Source of the DNA: an uncultured virus (IMG/VR IMGVR_UViG_3300044706_000059)
Taxonomy: Duplodnaviria; Heunggongvirae; Uroviricota; Caudoviricetes; Crassvirales
IMG/VR virus record: IMGVR_UViG_3300044706_000059
Coordinates: 56,332-76,331 of that record
Direction: 5' to 3' (one strand)
Length of the DNA: 20,000 nt
Below, in pieces: positions 16,121-20,000 of this stretch; within the stretch, counting starts at the first letter, position 1; every line of letters begins with the position of its first letter. The notes below the pieces were generated by a model, which made no database searches, had not been told where the DNA came from, and saw nothing but the letters and a program-made list of their open reading frames with translations. Made by a program: the position numbers and the translations under genes.

Positions 16121-16410
16121 GCGCTTACTGAATTAATTGTTTTTAGGGCAGCTTCTGAAATTGGATGATATTCAATAACATTTAAGATAGTAGATTTATC
16201 GGCATCCCCTAATTGAGCCGAAAATTTACAGTTTGATGGCTTACTAACTCCATCAGTAGCGATTGTTACCACATCTAATGCCCCTGCCCAATAATATAAG
16301 CGCCTGGCATTAGTAATTACAAGAGTTGAACCTTTTTCTTCAATGATTTTACCGATGAAAACGCCAGCACGATCTGCGCGGATAATAGAGAATCCTGTTG
16401 TTTGTTTCAT
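16108..16410 (-). CDS. Conserved phage protein (DUF6948-like), typical partner of Gly-repeat gene
   Basis: IIRADRAGVFIG...NARRLYYWAGA...ATDGV motif; family assigned from memory. Confidence 0.7.
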   Translation of the reverse strand: MKQTTGFSIIRADRAGVFIGKIIEEKGSTLVITNARRLYYWAGALDVVTIATDGVSKPSNCKFSAQLGDADKSTILNVIEYHPISEAALKTINSVSAWKR

Positions 16411-16440
16411 GTTGATTTTATTTTTTGAGTTTTAGAATGT

Positions 16441-16722
16441 TTATTCAGGTGAATAATAAGAGCAAACTATATCATCCGTTTGCTTATCTACAACCAATAC
16501 TAGATTGCTTTCCCGGCATCTTACCCAATATAGCTTATGGTCGTATTTATGTGCTTTTAAATCGGACATTTTAGGGCATTCGAGGTAATGTTTTCGAGTG
16601 CAGGAACCAAAGAGCAAAGCCAATGTTATAATCAAGACAAGCACAAAAAAGAATCCGTGTATGTTTTGCCGTCTGGAATAGTGTGGGCCTTCGTAATAGG
16701 CTTTAGGGGTTTGCTTTTTCAT
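16441..16722 (-). CDS. Hypothetical single-TM/lipoprotein-like protein (93 aa)
   Basis: Hydrophobic segment ending FGSC; ATGA overlap with upstream gene. Confidence 0.7.
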   Translation of the reverse strand: MKKQTPKAYYEGPHYSRRQNIHGFFFVLVLIITLALLFGSCTRKHYLECPKMSDLKAHKYDHKLYWVRCRESNLVLVVDKQTDDIVCSYYSPE

Positions 16723-16904
16723 TTTCTCTTTCTTTTGCGTTTGGTTAATTTATATTCTCGCATTAAGGAGTGAATAAAGTCGTTTTGGGTTACTAAGTTT
16801 TCGTGTGGCATTCGTTTATTAGTACCGGCCCAATTGTGTTCCTGTCTATCCCAGCGCCTTATTTCAGAGATAAACGTTTGCCACTCGTTCATATTTCGTT
16901 TCAT
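16719..16904 (-). CDS. Small hypothetical protein (61 aa)
   Basis: 4-bp overlaps with both neighbours. Confidence 0.7.
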   Translation of the reverse strand: MKRNMNEWQTFISEIRRWDRQEHNWAGTNKRMPHENLVTQNDFIHSLMREYKLTKRKRKRK

Positions 16905-17209
16905 AAATTAATTTTACACCATTTGATAATTAACTCGGAATCCTTTTTATTGAGATAAAGCACATAATGTAAATACCTGCCTTCTTTATTGCTTCTCCAT
17001 TTGGCTTCGACCAGGTTAATTAATTGACCATAAGAGTGGAGAAGTTTGTAAAAAATAGTTTCATTGTCACATTGAATAATAGCAGTATCATTTACATAGC
17101 TAATTGTAGTTTCATCTGCTATTTTTACGGGAGTAGGTTGGGCATTTGCTTTTAACCAGAACGCGCCCACCAACGAAAGAACCAAAAAGATAATGATTGC
17201 TTTTTTCAT
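16901..17209 (-). CDS. Secreted hypothetical protein (102 aa)
   Basis: Signal peptide MKKAIIIFLVLSLVGAFWLKANA-Q. Confidence 0.75.
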   Translation of the reverse strand: MKKAIIIFLVLSLVGAFWLKANAQPTPVKIADETTISYVNDTAIIQCDNETIFYKLLHSYGQLINLVEAKWRSNKEGRYLHYVLYLNKKDSELIIKWCKINL

Positions 17210-17214
17210 GTTTG

Positions 17215-17448
17215 TTAATAAAAGGTTATAAATTGTTTTAATTGCTGAATTACAAGTGATTTATAAGCTATTATTAAGCAGATAATACCGGTTAACATAA
17301 CTATCGCTGATATTGCCGCCCACCAACTAAAGTAAATGGGCAAGGTCTATGGAACATTGCGTGTAATAAGCCATATACAACCAACATACGCCCATATAAT
17401 AAAACTGGCACTGGAAAGCGAGATTAATAACCAAGATATACGTTTCAT
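17215..17448 (-). pseudogene. 2-TM membrane protein gene interrupted by one in-frame TAG (17347-17349)
   Basis: MKRISWLLISLSSASFIIWAYVGCIWLITRNVP*TLPIYFSWWAAISAIVMLTGIICLIIAYKSLVIQQLKQFITFY; fills the gap between neighbours. Confidence 0.6.
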
Positions 17449-17460
17449 CGGTAATAAGTT

Positions 17461-17634
17461 TTAAAAGGTTAAATAAAAAGACTTTGAATTAATAAGAACC
17501 AATTGCCCACCTACTACAGCCCACACATTAAAGGTGGAGTGTGAATAACGACTACTAATAGTACCATCTAGGTTGAATGTTATTCTGTACTGTAGTTGGT
17601 CTTTTAGGGTTGATATGATAGTTGCGTGGTTCAT
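17461..17634 (-). CDS. Small hypothetical protein (57 aa, MNHATIISTLKDQ...), not in ORF track
   Basis: Hand-translated; tightly packed in operon. Confidence 0.55.
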   Translation of the reverse strand: MNHATIISTLKDQLQYRITFNLDGTISSRYSHSTFNVWAVVGGQLVLINSKSFYLTF

Positions 17635-17640
17635 AGCCCT

Positions 17641-17757
17641 TTAGTTATAGTATTTAATAGCTTCATAAATAGTTTCAAATGCTTCAAAGTCAGGGATATA
17701 AAGGGCCATACCACCGGAATAGCCTAATAAGGTAGCTTGATCAATTATTTCAGGCAT
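17641..17757 (-). CDS. Small hypothetical protein (38 aa, MPEIIDQATLLGYSGG...), not in ORF track
   Basis: Hand-translated; tightly packed in operon. Confidence 0.55.
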   Translation of the reverse strand: MPEIIDQATLLGYSGGMALYIPDFEAFETIYEAIKYYN

Positions 17758-17771
17758 AATTTAGAGGTTTA

Positions 17772-18014
17772 TTAACGTGAAAACGAAATACCTAATGCTA
17801 ATAATGCTTTCTCTCCGCGAAGTATTGCACAAGATAAATGAGTACCACTAGTATAATCGCATTCAACCAATTCCTTTAAAGCTAAAAGAGCTTCTTTGTA
17901 TTGTCCTTTTTGCCATTCAGCGCCATCTTTAAAAGCTACTTCTACTATTCGTTCACAGTTTACACCAGAGTTTCGAAGTGCATAATCAGCGGCATATTGA
18001 AAAATATCTGACAT
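17772..18014 (-). CDS. Hypothetical phage protein (80 aa)
   Basis: AFKDGAEWQK resembles a common small phage protein motif. Confidence 0.7.
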   Translation of the reverse strand: MSDIFQYAADYALRNSGVNCERIVEVAFKDGAEWQKGQYKEALLALKELVECDYTSGTHLSCAILRGEKALLALGISFSR

Positions 18015-18022
18015 ATAATATA

Positions 18023-18316
18023 TTAATAAAACTTTGAGATAATCTCGTTAGTCAAATCACTATCGTATTCTGGCTCATAAGGGTCACTAATTGCGTAAAG
18101 AGTAAGACGGCACATTAACGCATTTAATTTCGGGTCATTTAATTCCGCAGCACGCGAAGCCACTTCCTCCAACATGCCCGCAAATATCTGTAAGGGCCTT
18201 TTCAAAATGCCCGTACCGGGATTGTTAAGGATTTCTTGTAATAATCCTGGAGTATGGCAACGCCATTCAAGATTTCTACCAGGTACAAGAATTTCTTTAT
18301 TTTTTATAGTTGGCAT
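18023..18316 (-). CDS. Hypothetical phage protein (97 aa)
   Basis: Operon spacing, helical protein. Confidence 0.75.
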   Translation of the reverse strand: MPTIKNKEILVPGRNLEWRCHTPGLLQEILNNPGTGILKRPLQIFAGMLEEVASRAAELNDPKLNALMCRLTLYAISDPYEPEYDSDLTNEIISKFY

Positions 18317-18325
18317 AAAACAAGT

Positions 18326-18562
18326 TTAAGATTCTAAATATAATTCACCATCCACAGGGCTAAACTTATCAGAAGTAGCCGTTACGGTACTCTCTTTTAG
18401 TTGAACTGTTAAAATAGCTACTATTGCAGGGTTACTAGTACCATTAGGCCCCAATTCGATAGCCCTTAAAGTACCAATACGGCCATCGTCATATTGTAGT
18501 TTATCTCCGACTCTTATCCGTATGCCGACAGTGCGTTGTTTAGCAATATATTCGCGTAACAT
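18326..18562 (-). CDS. Small beta-rich (SH3/KOW-like) hypothetical protein (78 aa)
   Basis: IRVGDKL...GRIGTL pattern. Confidence 0.65.
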   Translation of the reverse strand: MLREYIAKQRTVGIRIRVGDKLQYDDGRIGTLRAIELGPNGTSNPAIVAILTVQLKESTVTATSDKFSPVDGELYLES

Positions 18563-18582
18563 AATATTGGTATTAAATGATT

Positions 18583-18612
18583 GAAAAATAGCCAGTTATT
18601 ACCGATACTGGC
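18583..18612 (-). terminator. Terminator-like hairpin within early operon
   Basis: Minus strand GCCAGT-N10-ACTGGC followed by TATTTTT. Confidence 0.55.
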
Positions 18613-18630
18613 AAACGGCCTGATGATCGC

Positions 18631-18648
18631 CTTGGTCGTGCCTGGAAA
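18631..18648. repeat. 18-bp exact copy of transposon leader segment 13759-13776 (CTTGGTCGTGCCTGGAAA)
   Basis: Direct comparison; both copies intergenic. Confidence 0.9.
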
Positions 18649-18656
18649 AAACTAGT

Positions 18657-18866
18657 TCAAAACCCAAATAATATTTGAAAAAAGTTAAGTTTTTTTGCTA
18701 TCAATAAGCCCGTATAAACATTAGCCGGAGTTCCAGAAAGGGAAGGATAGTTAGTTATTGCATATCCTTCGGGCAGACTTTCAATGGCATACAGCGTGTT
18801 TTCACAAAAACTTTTATAGCTTTCTGCTTCAATGATAAGAACAACATATTTAGGTTTAGTTTTCAT
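18657..18866 (-). CDS. Hypothetical phage protein (69 aa)
   Basis: Operon spacing. Confidence 0.65.
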   Translation of the reverse strand: MKTKPKYVVLIIEAESYKSFCENTLYAIESLPEGYAITNYPSLSGTPANVYTGLLIAKKLNFFQILFGF

Positions 18867-18888
18867 TAAGTCTAGTTTATGTTATTAG

Positions 18889-19143
18889 TTAGTTTCCGGC
18901 AATTTCATTCCATACTACTTCCAATTCAGCTATTTCTAAGGCAGATAATTCATATTCCTCATCGGCAGGCGCATTGTAAATGCACACACATTCGTTGTCT
19001 TGTCTTTCTTTAAAGGCTGCAAAACTGGCCTCATCAACGGAATCAAAATAACCAATCAATCGCTCAGACAATACATTGTCATTTAAATCTAAAATCGCAC
19101 AAGTAGCCTTAATTTGTTGATTATCAGAAATGAACTTTGACAT
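18889..19143 (-). CDS. Acidic hypothetical phage protein (84 aa)
   Basis: Operon spacing; D/E-rich. Confidence 0.7.
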   Translation of the reverse strand: MSKFISDNQQIKATCAILDLNDNVLSERLIGYFDSVDEASFAAFKERQDNECVCIYNAPADEEYELSALEIAELEVVWNEIAGN

Positions 19144-19171
19144 AAATAGTTAGTATTAAAGGGGTGAATAA

Positions 19172-19438
19172 TTAGTTGATATAATGATATCTAGCCGCAT
19201 GCTTGAGCAGGCATACTTGTTCCGCTAATGTTTTATAGCATTTACCAAATTCATCTTTGCGTGTCCAACCAACGCGATTGGCGGCCATATCCCATTTGGC
19301 TAAGGGTAAGGTATTAAGGTGGTCGTCGCCGTTGTTAAGAGCTTGTTTAACTTGCTCTTTTGTGAACGGTATATAATTTACGACTTCTGGTTTAGCCTTG
19401 AATAACGTTTCATATTTATCAAAGTGTGAGTTAGACAT
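19172..19438 (-). CDS. Hypothetical phage protein (88 aa)
   Basis: DDHLNTLPLAKWD...LAEQVCLLKHAAR; operon spacing. Confidence 0.75.
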   Translation of the reverse strand: MSNSHFDKYETLFKAKPEVVNYIPFTKEQVKQALNNGDDHLNTLPLAKWDMAANRVGWTRKDEFGKCYKTLAEQVCLLKHAARYHYIN

Positions 19439-19471
19439 ATAGTTATAGTTTTAAAGGTTAATTACTTAATA

Positions 19472-19576
19472 TTAACGAGCGTAAGAAAGGTTATTAAAGC
19501 CAGTAAAGTAAACCAGAGATACGATAGCTATTATGATTGCTATTCCTAAGACAGTGGGGGTGATAAGTTTTTTCAT
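19472..19576 (-). CDS. Small single-TM peptide (34 aa, MKKLITPTVLGIAIIIAIVSLVYFTGFNNLSYAR), not in ORF track
   Basis: First ORF after the promoter at 19614-19646. Confidence 0.55.
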   Translation of the reverse strand: MKKLITPTVLGIAIIIAIVSLVYFTGFNNLSYAR

Positions 19577-19613
19577 AATTTCCAAGTATTAGTTTGTGTG
19601 TTGTTTGACAAGT

Positions 19614-19646
19614 CAAAGATAATATCTTTTATCGTCGCAATCCAAA
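19614..19646 (-). promoter_or_regulatory. Consensus-like early promoter
   Basis: Minus strand TTTG (19646-43), 21 nt, TATCTTTG (19621-14). Confidence 0.7.
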
Positions 19647-19675
19647 TTTATTTTGAAGTATTTTTAAAATATTTT

Positions 19676-19951
19676 TTACTGTTGATAATTAATAACATAG
19701 CAGGTGCCGAAAAAGTCTATAATATCATATCCTGGATGAGCTGTCTTTAATCGGGTGCCTGCATTAGTGGTGTAACCAAAGATGTGACGATCATATTTAA
19801 CATATGCGTATGCTGGGGACGACACGCCGAATTTCTTACCATATCTCCTAAAAAATACACTAACTGGTATTGCATCTGCGGGCAATACCTCGCGCGATTC
19901 ATATTTAGTGCCAGATATTCTCATACGTGCGAAGATACTATCATTTATCAT
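19676..19951 (-). CDS. Hypothetical phage protein (about 91 aa)
   Basis: Track ORF starts at TTG 19960; ATG 19951 is preferred. Confidence 0.65.
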   Translation of the reverse strand: MINDSIFARMRISGTKYESREVLPADAIPVSVFFRRYGKKFGVSSPAYAYVKYDRHIFGYTTNAGTRLKTAHPGYDIIDFFGTCYVINYQQ

Positions 19952-20000
19952 TCTCCCCAAATCTTCTTTCTTTTACGCTAATCCCCACCTCCCGCTATAC

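Noticed and set aside
1..20000. Genome-wide TAG reassignment
   Set aside because: Long ORFs are uninterrupted in code 11 and TAG is a plausible stop at 3214.

Overview
AT-rich segment of a phage or prophage, most likely infecting Bacteroidota (TTG/TTTG-N20-21-TAnnTTTG promoters, AT-rich starts without Shine-Dalgarno, signal peptides ending A-Q). Bases 1-11.4 kb (+) hold late genes: the end of a large putative virion protein, small structural genes, a 1409-aa beta-helix tail spike with an apparent signal peptide, and a lysis cluster (holin-like, spanin-like, lysozyme-family endolysin). Bases 14.8-20 kb (-) hold a convergent operon of small early-type genes. Between them is a complete 3.2-kb IS1595-family cargo transposon (11432-14638; 25-bp TIRs, 8-bp TAAGACTA duplication) inserted in the loop of a terminator. 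It carries a transposase with a NUMOD1-like tail, an odd short-arm tRNA with anticodon ACU, a putative antisense hairpin matching the start of its wHTH-like gene, and an attenuator-like leader before two cargo genes. An 18-nt core of that leader recurs exactly in a phage intergenic region 4.9 kb away, where the early transcript is antisense to it. This putative RNA-wired phage/transposon circuit is the main candidate novel system. All calls are by eye; no searches were run.
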